Of a DNA stretch of 64,000 nucleotides, positions 1-9,771 are shown in pieces. Source of the DNA: a bacterium (GTDB lineage: Bacteria; SAR324; XYD2-FULL-50-16); assembly GCA_032250835.1 (NCBI GenBank), contig JAVVEA010000001.1, positions 143,869 to 207,868 of the forward strand, in the 5' to 3' direction. The translations under genes and the position numbers were made by a program. Numbering within the stretch: position 1 is the first letter of the stretch; every line of letters starts with the position of its first letter. Under the pieces are notes generated by a model that was given only the letters and a program-made list of their open reading frames with translations, was not told the DNA's origin and did no database searches.

Positions 1-190
1 TGCCTAGGAAAAACAGCCCCGTTAAAGTTGCTCCAGTCAACACTACGGCCAAGAAATAGGGCATCAAAACAGCATCGGAAACGCCAAACCAGACTCCGCC
101 TAAAAAGAGCGAAATCGAGGCAATATGGGCCGTTCTGGTCGCAATCCGCATCCAGCGGATCGGGCTGTTGTCACTGGTTTTAAAGGCCAT
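1..190 (-). CDS. Partial CDS (N-terminal 63 codons, continues beyond the window edge); hydrophobic, probably a membrane protein
   Basis: Minus-strand ATG at 188-190. Open frame to position 1 (MAFKTSDNSPIRWMRIATRTAHIASISLFLGGVWFGV...). Sits 22 nt downstream of the stop of the preceding same-strand gene. Not in the ORF track because it is truncated. Confidence 0.3.
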   Translation of the reverse strand, partial: MAFKTSDNSPIRWMRIATRTAHIASISLFLGGVWFGVSDAVLMPYFLAVVLTGATLTGLFFLG

Positions 191-212
191 TATAGGTGCC
201 CCAAGGCTTGGT

Positions 213-2288
213 TTATGGCTCTAGCGGGGATGGGGACCCTGCCGGTAACGAGGTCCCTGCTGGGCCTTTAGGAGGAAGCAACTCGAGCTTAACACGATAG
301 AGCGCCACAGTTTCTTCTGCATAATAGACGTTTTCTAAAAGCTCCAAAGCCGAGGGCTTAACGCTCTTAAGGCGGTGCACCCATATCACCCATTTAACCT
401 CGTGGTTTGCGAGGAATTGGGCCGCCTCGGCAGAATCCATCTGGTCTTCAAAGTAGCGGTTCGCCAGCGGGGTAATGGCCGCGTATAGCGCTCCATTTTG
501 ATTGATCGCACCACCGGCGGTACTACTGATCACCGCCCGGCGGGCACAGAGGGAATTAAAACTCCAGTTCGAGGGGTAGCGATAAAAGTTGTGGAGTACC
601 CAGTCGGTAGGTGCGCTTTGTTCCCTGAGCATATCACAAGCAACCATTTCGTTGCCGCTATGCAAGAAGTGATTAGTCAACCCGCGGAATTTATCTATAT
701 CTTTGTAAGCATAGCTATTCATTGCATAGCCGAAGAAAAAGACCAAAAAAGCAAAGGCGCCCCAGCTGCGTTGCTTGGCCATGCCCTCGGCAAAAAGCCC
801 GACCGCCTGAGCAGAGAAAACCCAAGCCCCGAATAACAAGAAGTATTCGATCGAACTAGAAGACAGATTGTGGAACTTAAACAGGGTAATGATCGCCATA
901 CTAGCCCAGCCGCCAGCCAAAACAAATAGGGGGGCCGGGTATTTGGCCAAATGCCTCCAACCTAGTAAAAACAGACCGACTATCGCCAAACCCGTGTATT
1001 CCAGAGTAAAGAACGGAGGCAGAACCCAATGCAGCTTTGGCCCGCCCTGGGTGGTCTCAAGATAGTTGACTAGGGCGACGTACAGTTCGTTGTGGTAAGG
1101 GTCGGAAAACTGCCGGCTCCAAAAGCCTAGCCAATAGTGGTGCGGGTCAAAAACCAGGCTGCCTTGGGCCGAAGCGGCCGGGTTATAAATGATCAGCCAA
1201 TAAATCCCCAACACCATCGAGATCAATGCCAAGGCGTGCAATCCCAGACTAACAAACGAAATATGGCGTTTATAAAGGGCCCATAGACCGATTAGAGGCA
1301 ATATAAACACCAACGGGGTGACCGCCAATAGCTTAACTCCCGTGATTAAGCCCACCAACAGCAGAGCCATCTGGAAGTTGGCAATCCGTTCACCTTTAGA
1401 AAACTTTAACAACAGACTAATAGCGAGAAAAGACAACCCAAGGGCAAAGGTATTTTGCCTCAACGTAAAATGAAGAATTTTTTCTGCTCCACCAACCCCC
1501 TGGATTAAGAAATAGAAAACAAACAGCGGCAACACCACCCACCCAGAACGCCTCGAATGGGCTCCCGCGATAGCCCAAATACCTATAAAAACCAGAATCC
1601 AATTAAGGACCAATAACTCATAGAAATATATGTTTTCAATCGCCACACCACTAAATTGGGCGAGGTTGACGGCGAAAACTTCGGTAAAGTTGTAATAGTG
1701 ATAGGTGGAATTTGGCGCGTATACCTGGAACTCCGGCGGCGGGTAGGAAATCGCGATGGCCTGGGCGATGGAGGCCCGTTGGTGTTCGTCTTGGAAGTAA
1801 TACTGGACCGCTTGAAACTGGTACCCATAAAACATACCTCGAATAAAGATCAGCCCAATTAAAAATGCGAGCGCCGCAGAGGAAAAGACCTTTTTACCGG
1901 TCCTTTTAAGGGCCTGTTTTACAAACCTGCCCTGGTCCCAATGGCGGTAGATCCAATAACCTCCCGCAATTAGGTGCGCACCAGCGTAGACCCAATAATG
2001 CATGGGCACCCAGTGGCACAGTAAACGAAAGAGAATGGAAGAAAGTAGGTGGAAGACCAATGCTGCCGAAAGCCAGAAGACAGGGCTTAAAGGTTCCTTT
2101 TGTCGCTGTGCCCAAGGACTGGTAGACAAGATCCAAGCTGGTGTAAAGAGGTGCACCAGAAGAAAGGCACAGGTCATCAAGACTTCGTAGTTGCTCATAA
2201 AAAACCTTAAGAGTCGGCAGGCCAGCGCCAGGACCAATATTTTTGCGTTCTCGGTGTTAAGGAGCGGCGCGGCGGGCAGGACAGGCAA
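213..2288 (-). CDS. Large polytopic membrane protein (about 12+ TM helices plus a ~150-aa C-terminal soluble domain); possibly a GT-C/YfhO-like membrane glycosyltransferase
   Basis: 691-aa ORF with many hydrophobic segments. Domain architecture only; no specific catalytic motif recognised. Confidence 0.35.
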   Translation of the reverse strand: MPVLPAAPLLNTENAKILVLALACRLLRFFMSNYEVLMTCAFLLVHLFTPAWILSTSPWAQRQKEPLSPVFWLSAALVFHLLSSILFRLLCHWVPMHYWVYAGAHLIAGGYWIYRHWDQGRFVKQALKRTGKKVFSSAALAFLIGLIFIRGMFYGYQFQAVQYYFQDEHQRASIAQAIAISYPPPEFQVYAPNSTYHYYNFTEVFAVNLAQFSGVAIENIYFYELLVLNWILVFIGIWAIAGAHSRRSGWVVLPLFVFYFLIQGVGGAEKILHFTLRQNTFALGLSFLAISLLLKFSKGERIANFQMALLLVGLITGVKLLAVTPLVFILPLIGLWALYKRHISFVSLGLHALALISMVLGIYWLIIYNPAASAQGSLVFDPHHYWLGFWSRQFSDPYHNELYVALVNYLETTQGGPKLHWVLPPFFTLEYTGLAIVGLFLLGWRHLAKYPAPLFVLAGGWASMAIITLFKFHNLSSSSIEYFLLFGAWVFSAQAVGLFAEGMAKQRSWGAFAFLVFFFGYAMNSYAYKDIDKFRGLTNHFLHSGNEMVACDMLREQSAPTDWVLHNFYRYPSNWSFNSLCARRAVISSTAGGAINQNGALYAAITPLANRYFEDQMDSAEAAQFLANHEVKWVIWVHRLKSVKPSALELLENVYYAEETVALYRVKLELLPPKGPAGTSLPAGSPSPLEP

Positions 2289-2363
2289 TAACCCCCAAAG
2301 GCAACCGTGGAACGTTTCTTATGGGGGCCATTAGACAGCGGATGGGTTAAAAAGGCAAGATCG

Positions 2364-5300
2364 CTATTCTACTAGGAATTCGAGCGTTCCTAGCAATACG
2401 GCCATGCTCGCCAAACTAGGATCGTCTTGGTCTAGGTATTCACCCAATTGGATGCGGTAGGCTTGATTCCGGTCGTCTCTAAGCTTCAAAAAGGCGTGTA
2501 ACCGAACCACTGGGTCCCCTTCTGCCTCTTGCAGGGCCGCCGACAGGATCTGGAACCGGATCGCCTGACAACGACGCACCAGGACGCCCCGGTGCCTTCG
2601 CTGCCATTCGGATTCCAACTTAAGGTTCAATAGATCTTCTTGTAAGCCATTGATTCGGAATCGGTCTTCTAACTCTAAGGACAAGGCCAAGGCGCGCCCC
2701 ATAGGTAGTCCTAACCGGCTTGACAACCGGAACACCGGAAGGGCCTGATTCATCATAGGCAAAAAGGCAACCTGCCTAGAGAGGTCATCGTCAATCCCTT
2801 CACTTTTAAGTTCGGCCACCGAGCGGCGGAAAGCCCGCAGTTGGTCTTCGTTCATCTGCTGATAGGCGAGCCGTTCATATTCGGCAACCTGAGTGCTATA
2901 TTGGTCTAGAAGCCCCCAGTTAAGCTCTGAGCCGCGGTAGCGCAGCAGCAACCCGACCACAATGGGGAAGATAAATTCCTCAAGTTTACGCAACAAGTCC
3001 AAGGCCAAATTGATGTCCCGCTGCCCCAATTGTGCAAGAATCTGTTGGCGGATCGGGCCTAGTTTAAAGAGGCGGTCGGCGGTGAAATAAGCGATCAACA
3101 TGTCAACCGGCTCGGCATCAACCAATTCGCGCAGTCTGGCGTAGAGCGTAACGCCCGCTTGATCAATGATCTGGTTGACCAAGACCGTGCCGATGATCTC
3201 GGCCTTGAGGCGGTGGTCCTGCGCTAAAATCGGATAGTTTTGGCGAATTTTTGCTGGGAAATAGTTCAAATAAAGGTCGATCAACTCCGGCCCTTTTAAG
3301 AGTTCACGGCGCTTCATGAGTTCTTTGTAAAAGAACATCTTGGTATAGCTTAAAATCACCGCCAAATCGGGCCGAGGGATGCCCTTCCCGACCAACGAAA
3401 GTAAGGCATCGTCGCTGCTTAAGTGTTCTGTACGGCGGTTTAGAAGGCCGGTGGCGGATAGGTGGCCGATCTGCTTTAAATAGGGCGTCAAATCGTTTTT
3501 GCTGCGGCGTTCATCAATCGATAGAATACGCCCTTGGGACCTATTGTGCGCCAAAACATGCTCGGCAATATCTGGAGTCAACTCCGCTAAAAGCGCCTCA
3601 CGAGCCGCGCCGGCTTGTAGAAGACCCTTTTGGATCAACTGTTCCACCAAGATCTTTAAGTTCACCTCATGATCCGAAGTATCCACCCCGGCAGAGTTAT
3701 CGATCGCATCGGTATTGAGGCGGCCCCCTTGCTGGGCGAACTGTACACGGGACTCTTGGGTCATCCCCAGGTTGCCGCCTTCGCCGATAACCGCCACCCT
3801 TAGCTGGTCGGCCGTGATGCGGACCGCGTCGTTGCTGGGGTCGCCGACAAGGTGGTTGGGCTCGTTACTGGCCCGAACATAGGTGCCGATCCCCCCGTTC
3901 CAAAGCAACTCTACGGGCGCTTGTAACATGATTTTAATCAGCTCTTCACCGCTGGCCTCGGCTTGGTCGGTACCTAAAACCCGCTTGATTTCTGGCGTTA
4001 AGGTGATCACCTTGGCGCTGCGTTCGAAAATCCCGCCGCCCGAGCTGATCAACTCGGCGTTGTAGTCCTTCCAGGTGGAACCGGGCGTTTCAAAGAGCCG
4101 TTGGCGCTCCACAAAACTCGCCTCGGGGTCGGGGTCTGGGTCTAAAAATAGGTGGAGGTGGTTGAATGCCCCTACCAGCTTGGTTTGGCGGCTAAGCAGC
4201 ATCCCGTTCCCAAAGACATCTCCCGACATGTCCCCGATCCCTACGGTAGTGAAGGGGGTCTGTTGGATGTCTTTACCCATCTCTAAAAAATGCAGTTTGA
4301 CCGACTCCCAGGCCCCTTTGGCGGTAATGCCCATCTTTTTGTGGTCAAAGCCTTGGCTGCCGCCTGAGGCAAAGGCGTCTTTGAGCCAAAAGTTTCGCCC
4401 TACGCTGATTTCGTTGGCGGTGTCAGAAAGATGCGCGGTGCCCTTATCGGCAGCGACCACCAGATAAGGGTCCTCGCCGTCCAAGGCCTTGACCCCAACC
4501 GGAGCGACCACTTTGCCCTGCACTAGATTGTCGGTCAAAGACAATAGGCTATGAATAAAGTGCTGGTATTGTTTCTTTCCCTCGGCCATCAACTCGGCCC
4601 GATTAGCGCTCGGGCGTTTGCAGACAAAACCGCCCTTGCTGCCTTCGGGAACGATCACCACGTTTTTCATCATCTGGGTCTTCATTAGCCCCAAAACCTC
4701 GGTACGGAAGTCGTCGCTGCGGTCTGAATGGCGGATGCCCCCGCGCGCGATCATCGCCCCGCGTAGGTGGATGCCTTCCATGTGGGGGCCGTGGACGTAT
4801 ATTTCAAACAACGGGCGAGGTAAGGGCATGTGGTCCACTTCGGCGGAGCGGAATTTAACGGCCATAACGGCCTCTGAGGCCGGGGCGAAATAGTTGCTGC
4901 GCACCGAAGAGTTCATGAGATTCAACAACTGCTTGAAGATCACGTCTTCTTGCACCGTTTTTACTTTGAATATCTCTTGTAAAATTTCCTTCTTTAGCTC
5001 TTCTTCATTGAGGTCTCCGGGCCCTTGGGGATCGAATCTAGCCACGAAGAGGTCCCGTAGATAACCCACCAAAATCGGGTTGTTGATCAACGATTGGTTG
5101 ATGGTGTCGCGGCGGTAAGGGGTGCCGATTTGCAGGTAATAATTGCGGTACAACTGGAACAGATTGATCTCACGCACATCCAACTGAGCCGTAAACAACA
5201 GCGCATTGAGTGGGTCCGATTCGGCCCGATCCTCTAAGATGGCTTGCATCAATTCGATCAGCCGGGCCTTGAACGCGTCAAATTGACTTGAGCCGATGGC

Positions 5301-7142
5301 TTCGTGGATCAGGTGGAACTGATAAAGGAAGACTTGCTGGCCCTCAAAGCGGAATTCAAATTTATTTTCATCCAGAATCGTCAACCCCATCCGGTGCAGG
5401 TGGGGAATCAGCTGGGTTAAGGTGGCTTCTTGGGCTAGGTAAATATGCAGGTTAGAGCGGGTGTCGCTGGGTTCAGGGCGCAGGTCTACTTGAGGACGTC
5501 CGCTTTGGTGGACCTGTTTTACCTGGATCAAATCGTTGATGGCTTGCTGGGGCGAAAAGAGCGCTTTGTAATAGCTGTCAAAGACATCCAAATAGGCCCC
5601 ATAACCCTCGCGCAACCCTTGGCGCGTGACCATGCGGTTTAATTGTAAGTCCCAATCTAAAGTGACGCTATCGACCCATTGTTCCAACGCTTCGGCCGGG
5701 ACGTTCTTTAATCCTCCGTTATTCTCGGGGAACCAGTAGATATGGTGGCTGTATAGGTTACGCCCGTAGCTAAAGTAATAGTTAACTTCCGGCTCACTGC
5801 CGAGGGTGGCGGTTAATTTCTTTTGGAGTTTTAAGAAAATATCCCGAGAGAAACGGCGGTTAGAGAGGCAGAAGGTCAACCGCAGATAGTTACGCTCCAG
5901 GTCTTGGTATTGGTGCAAGCGGCAATGCTCAAATTCGCGGATAAACTGCACCTGGTCTAAAAGGTTGCGTAGCTCATCGCGGTCCAAGCGGAACAGTTCG
6001 GTTTTGGGCATCTCGGTGAAGAGGTCTAAGGCCTCTTCATAGGCGTGGTTGCTGGTGGTGCCGGCGAATTCCTCGGCCACCGCCCGGGCCTTCAGGCGGG
6101 CTACGGGGATCTGCTCTGCACGGATGCGGGTTGCGCGGCGCGTGAAAAGGACCAAAAAATAGACCAAAATCTCGCGGCCCTGGTCATCGGAACGACGGGT
6201 CAAAATCAACTGCACCGGGTCGCGCCGGTGCACCACCGAAGGCATGTCTAACTCAAAGAAGTTCAAGCCCAAACGAGAACGTAAAAAATAGTTGCCCAAC
6301 CGCGCAAACTTGGCCAGCAATTCTTGCTGCACCGAAGGGATACGGCAAAGACCCAAGGATTCGACCAAGTTCGCCGAGGTTAAGCTTGCCAGTTGGATTT
6401 CGTAGACTTCGCAATAGCCCAGCAGGATAGCGTTGCCCCGGCTAACCCATTCAAAAAGTTCGCTGCGCTCGGCCCGAATGTCTTCGGTTTCTTGCTCTTG
6501 GGTCTTCGCCCGGATGGCGCAGGCATGGCTTTTTTCAATCAACGGTGCGAAGTCATCGGTGACCACTTCGATGGTTTCTAAGAGGCTGGTTAGTTCCTGT
6601 TCCAACGCGCCCTGCCGGTCTGGGCTGAAGCCTTTGAGCACAAAGGTGATGAGGCTTAAAAGAGGCTCCTCCCCCTGGCCTTTAGAGGCATCCCAAAGAT
6701 GTTTCAGGCCTCCTTGGCCGTCGTACTCTAAACGGATTAAGGGGTGGTTGAAGAAGGAAAGGGCTAGATTGCTGTTGTGGAGGTATTCGACCAGCGAATC
6801 GACTAAAAATTGGCGGTCCTGAGCTAAGACATCTACCTGCATCCGCATATCGCCGGGCAGCACCTTTTCGAGGACTTTAAAGCGGAGCTGAAAGGATTCG
6901 CCTTGGTAGTCTTGGATCAAGTTGAGGCTATTGCAAGCAACCTCGTAGGCCCGTTCAGGGGTCAGCTCGCGGGCGTGGTGGGTGTTGAGGTTCTCGTAGA
7001 AGATCGAACCGACCTGATAGACTTGGTCGGGGTCTTTACAACCCGGCTGAGCGGCGATGTGTTCCTTAAACTCCAAGCGTCGCTGGGCGACCAGCTCGGT
7101 TTTAATCATATTGATCGAGCGGCTGCTGGACTCTGGGTTCAT
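2364..7142 (-). CDS. gdh: NAD-specific glutamate dehydrogenase, large (GDH180-type)
   Basis: 1592-aa ORF. The central region (GGIRHSDRSDDFRTEVLGLMKTQMMKNVVIVPEGSKGGFV...) is typical of the ~180 kDa bacterial NAD-GDH family, as are the size and layout. Confidence 0.8.
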   Translation of the reverse strand: MNPESSSRSINMIKTELVAQRRLEFKEHIAAQPGCKDPDQVYQVGSIFYENLNTHHARELTPERAYEVACNSLNLIQDYQGESFQLRFKVLEKVLPGDMRMQVDVLAQDRQFLVDSLVEYLHNSNLALSFFNHPLIRLEYDGQGGLKHLWDASKGQGEEPLLSLITFVLKGFSPDRQGALEQELTSLLETIEVVTDDFAPLIEKSHACAIRAKTQEQETEDIRAERSELFEWVSRGNAILLGYCEVYEIQLASLTSANLVESLGLCRIPSVQQELLAKFARLGNYFLRSRLGLNFFELDMPSVVHRRDPVQLILTRRSDDQGREILVYFLVLFTRRATRIRAEQIPVARLKARAVAEEFAGTTSNHAYEEALDLFTEMPKTELFRLDRDELRNLLDQVQFIREFEHCRLHQYQDLERNYLRLTFCLSNRRFSRDIFLKLQKKLTATLGSEPEVNYYFSYGRNLYSHHIYWFPENNGGLKNVPAEALEQWVDSVTLDWDLQLNRMVTRQGLREGYGAYLDVFDSYYKALFSPQQAINDLIQVKQVHQSGRPQVDLRPEPSDTRSNLHIYLAQEATLTQLIPHLHRMGLTILDENKFEFRFEGQQVFLYQFHLIHEAIGSSQFDAFKARLIELMQAILEDRAESDPLNALLFTAQLDVREINLFQLYRNYYLQIGTPYRRDTINQSLINNPILVGYLRDLFVARFDPQGPGDLNEEELKKEILQEIFKVKTVQEDVIFKQLLNLMNSSVRSNYFAPASEAVMAVKFRSAEVDHMPLPRPLFEIYVHGPHMEGIHLRGAMIARGGIRHSDRSDDFRTEVLGLMKTQMMKNVVIVPEGSKGGFVCKRPSANRAELMAEGKKQYQHFIHSLLSLTDNLVQGKVVAPVGVKALDGEDPYLVVAADKGTAHLSDTANEISVGRNFWLKDAFASGGSQGFDHKKMGITAKGAWESVKLHFLEMGKDIQQTPFTTVGIGDMSGDVFGNGMLLSRQTKLVGAFNHLHLFLDPDPDPEASFVERQRLFETPGSTWKDYNAELISSGGGIFERSAKVITLTPEIKRVLGTDQAEASGEELIKIMLQAPVELLWNGGIGTYVRASNEPNHLVGDPSNDAVRITADQLRVAVIGEGGNLGMTQESRVQFAQQGGRLNTDAIDNSAGVDTSDHEVNLKILVEQLIQKGLLQAGAAREALLAELTPDIAEHVLAHNRSQGRILSIDERRSKNDLTPYLKQIGHLSATGLLNRRTEHLSSDDALLSLVGKGIPRPDLAVILSYTKMFFYKELMKRRELLKGPELIDLYLNYFPAKIRQNYPILAQDHRLKAEIIGTVLVNQIIDQAGVTLYARLRELVDAEPVDMLIAYFTADRLFKLGPIRQQILAQLGQRDINLALDLLRKLEEFIFPIVVGLLLRYRGSELNWGLLDQYSTQVAEYERLAYQQMNEDQLRAFRRSVAELKSEGIDDDLSRQVAFLPMMNQALPVFRLSSRLGLPMGRALALSLELEDRFRINGLQEDLLNLKLESEWQRRHRGVLVRRCQAIRFQILSAALQEAEGDPVVRLHAFLKLRDDRNQAYRIQLGEYLDQDDPSLASMAVLLGTLEFLVE

Positions 7143-7230
7143 AACGGGGTTCCCCTCATAAGATTGGCATTGGGCTAGGACGCAACCAATGTACCAGTCT
7201 AAACAAGGAATGACAAGAAGGGCAAAGGCG

Positions 7231-8061
7231 TTAGGTCGGTAGGTGTTGAGCGATCCAAGCGGTGATCTTTTCGGTCATCTGGCCTTCTTCTTTGTCATTT
7301 AATATCTCATGACCGGCCTGACTAAAGGCAACCAGTTCTTTGTCGCGGGACTTTACGGCCCGAAAGAAGGCTTCGATCTTAAGGGGGTTCACTACTTGAT
7401 CGGCCCGGCTATAAAAGACCAATAAAGGGATCTTAAGTAAGTGGGCGTTTTTGTGCAGTAAATCGGACCAAGAAAGCATCCCTAAAAACAAGGCGGGGCT
7501 CAGCGTGGTCAAGCGTAGGGGGTCACTGGTGTACTCGGGGTGGCGCCATTCTAGATGGGTCAAGTCCTTGGGGTCTAGTGGCTTGGGGATCAGCCGGTCC
7601 GGCTGGTTTCGTCCTAAAAATTTCGCCAAGGCCCAACCAGCTGAAGAGAGCAACCCACCAAATCCCGTTAAAGGGCTGCCTAAAATCAGGCCTTGGAGAT
7701 GTTGTTGCTTTTGGATCACCATATGGGCCGAGATCAGCGCCCCCATGCTGTGCCCAAATAAGAAGGTCGGGAGGTTTTCTTCTCGGTTGGGGTTTTCTTC
7801 GATAAACCACAGCAGGCTGTCGATATAGTCTTGGAAGCTATCAATGTGCCCCCGGCGGCCTTCGGCAGCGCCATGTCCGGGCAGGTCGAAGGCATGGACC
7901 GAGTAGCCCGCTAGGTTTAGATTTTGGGCAAAGCGGTCGTAGCGCCTAAAGTGTTCGGCGTAACCGTGGAGCACATAGACTTGGGCCTTCGGGGCCTCAG
8001 CTATCCAACTGGCAAAGGGAATTTTGCGGTGCCGCTTGTCGATCAATTCTCCGAATTTCAT
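7231..8061 (-). CDS. Alpha/beta hydrolase, lysophospholipase/monoacylglycerol-lipase-like
   Basis: 276 aa. HGYAEHFRRY...GHSMGALI nucleophile elbow (GxSxG), as in the Hydrolase_4 family. Overlaps the plsY stop by 1 nt. Confidence 0.6.
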   Translation of the reverse strand: MKFGELIDKRHRKIPFASWIAEAPKAQVYVLHGYAEHFRRYDRFAQNLNLAGYSVHAFDLPGHGAAEGRRGHIDSFQDYIDSLLWFIEENPNREENLPTFLFGHSMGALISAHMVIQKQQHLQGLILGSPLTGFGGLLSSAGWALAKFLGRNQPDRLIPKPLDPKDLTHLEWRHPEYTSDPLRLTTLSPALFLGMLSWSDLLHKNAHLLKIPLLVFYSRADQVVNPLKIEAFFRAVKSRDKELVAFSQAGHEILNDKEEGQMTEKITAWIAQHLPT

Positions 8062-8714
8062 CAGGAATCCTTGGGCGTGGATTTGGACTTCAATTTGCCC
8101 TCTTCCCCGGTGATTAGGCGGCGGATGTTGGAGCGGTGCAACAGGATCAAATAAACAGACAGCAGAGCTGCTAGATAGATCTTATCATCCAAACCGTTGA
8201 ATAGGAAGACCCAGGTGGGCAATAAAGCCAGACCCGTAAGCGCCGATAGGCTACTGATCCGCTTCCATAAAAACAAACCCGCCCAGATTCCTGCAATCGC
8301 CAAAAAAACGCGCCAATCGATGATCGCCCAAACCCCAAAGTTGGTGGCCACGCCTTTGCCGCCCTTAAAGCCCAAGAAGAGCGAGCGGGTATGCCCAAAG
8401 ACCACCAAGAACCCTACCGGTAGGGCCAATACTTCGGGGGCTTTAAAGGCGTAAAGCGCAAGCCAAACCGCTAAGGTCCCCTTGCCAAAGTCCAACACAA
8501 AGGTCGCCAGACCGGGCCACTTGCCGCTGGTGCGCATCACGTTAGTCATGCCGATATTTCCGCTGCCGTGTTGGCGCGGATCGATGCCCAAAAAGATGCG
8601 TGAAATCAGCAAACCAAAGGGCACCGAACCCAGCAGGTAGGCCGCAATCAAAGGCACGTACCAGAACCCGTAGGCTTGGGCTTCAAAGAGATGATGGTTC
8701 AAATGTGCTAACAT
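8061..8714 (-). CDS. plsY: Glycerol-3-phosphate acyltransferase PlsY (acyl-phosphate dependent)
   Basis: 217 aa multi-TM protein with a GSGNIGMTNVMR motif and FGKGTLAV, which is the PlsY signature. Confidence 0.85.
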   Translation of the reverse strand: MLAHLNHHLFEAQAYGFWYVPLIAAYLLGSVPFGLLISRIFLGIDPRQHGSGNIGMTNVMRTSGKWPGLATFVLDFGKGTLAVWLALYAFKAPEVLALPVGFLVVFGHTRSLFLGFKGGKGVATNFGVWAIIDWRVFLAIAGIWAGLFLWKRISSLSALTGLALLPTWVFLFNGLDDKIYLAALLSVYLILLHRSNIRRLITGEEGKLKSKSTPKDS

Positions 8715-8715
8715 A

Positions 8716-9771
8716 TCACCTTAAGATGGTTCCGCCGCCGACCAATAGGTCGCCGTCGTAAATTACCGCTCCTTGTCCGGGCGTAACGTCCAAGACCGGA
8801 GGGTCAAAATGCAAGACCAATTTGCCCCCTGCTACAACCTCGACCTGGACCGGCGCTTCTTTCATGTTATAGCGAATCCGTGCCGTTAGTTCCCGTTGCA
8901 GGTGTTCGTCTAAGGGCTGCTGAAACCGCAGGTCGCCTAAGACCACTTGACTGGCCTGGCGTGCCCCTTGGGGGCCTAAGACCACTTGGTTTTTTTGGGC
9001 GTCCAACGCCACCACGTATAAAGGTTCGGCGGCGCTGATCCCCAGACCACGGCGCTGACCGACGGTATAATAGGGCAAACCCATATGACGACCCAGTTGG
9101 TTACCCTCTAGGTCAACAAACTCACCAGGCAAGATGGCCTTCTCGGCGTGACGTCCCAAAAAGCCCCGGTAGCCGTCATCGCCGACAAAACAAAGGTCCT
9201 GGCTATCTGGTTTAGAGGCTACCTCAAGGCCCATCTCTTGGGCAAGACGGCGTACCTCGACCTTGTCCATCCCCCCTAAGGGAAAGAGGCAATGGGCCAG
9301 TTGCTCTTGGTCTAACTGGTAGAGTACATAAGACTGGTCTTTGGTGGCGTCGAGCCCCTTCAATAGGCGGTAGGTTCCAGCTTGCTCTTCTAAGCGGACA
9401 TAATGCCCGGACACCAGCTTTTGCGCGCCTAGGCTACGGGCTTCGTCCATTAAGGCCCCAAAACGCACCTTCCGGTTACAGATCAGGCAAGGGTTGGGCG
9501 TGGCGGCTTGTAGGTAGGTTTGGGTGAAGGGCTCTACCACCAGTTCCTTAAAGGTTTCTTGGTAGTCCAACACATAAAAAGGGATGCCTAAACTTTCGGC
9601 CACGGCGCGGGCCTGCTCGACCGCTTCGGGGGCGCAACAGGCGTTGTCGCGGCAACTGGCTTCAGCCCAAAGCCGGAGCATGATCCCGATCACCTCATGG
9701 CCCGCTTGGACCATCAAGGCCGCAGCGACGGAGCTATCAACGCCGCCGGACATGGCTACCACCACTTTCAT
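8716..9771 (-). CDS. mnmA: tRNA-specific 2-thiouridylase MnmA
   Basis: N-terminal PP-loop (VVVAMSGGVDSSVAA), catalytic Cys region, 351 aa. Confidence 0.85.
   Translation of the reverse strand: MKVVVAMSGGVDSSVAAALMVQAGHEVIGIMLRLWAEASCRDNACCAPEAVEQARAVAESLGIPFYVLDYQETFKELVVEPFTQTYLQAATPNPCLICNRKVRFGALMDEARSLGAQKLVSGHYVRLEEQAGTYRLLKGLDATKDQSYVLYQLDQEQLAHCLFPLGGMDKVEVRRLAQEMGLEVASKPDSQDLCFVGDDGYRGFLGRHAEKAILPGEFVDLEGNQLGRHMGLPYYTVGQRRGLGISAAEPLYVVALDAQKNQVVLGPQGARQASQVVLGDLRFQQPLDEHLQRELTARIRYNMKEAPVQVEVVAGGKLVLHFDPPVLDVTPGQGAVIYDGDLLVGGGTILR

Noticed and set aside
498-2190. Several plus-strand ORFs (112, 65, 68 and 62 aa) overlapping the 691-aa minus-strand membrane protein gene
   Set aside because: These are antisense shadow ORFs in a GC-rich coding region, with low-complexity translations and no start context. 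The long minus-strand ORF explains the region.
2372-2393. Perfect 7-bp hairpin CTAGGAA-ttcgagcg-TTCCTAG that looked like a terminator downstream of the GDH gene
   Set aside because: It lies inside the last codons of the GDH ORF (encoding …LEFLVE*), not in the 3' UTR, so it is not called as a terminator.
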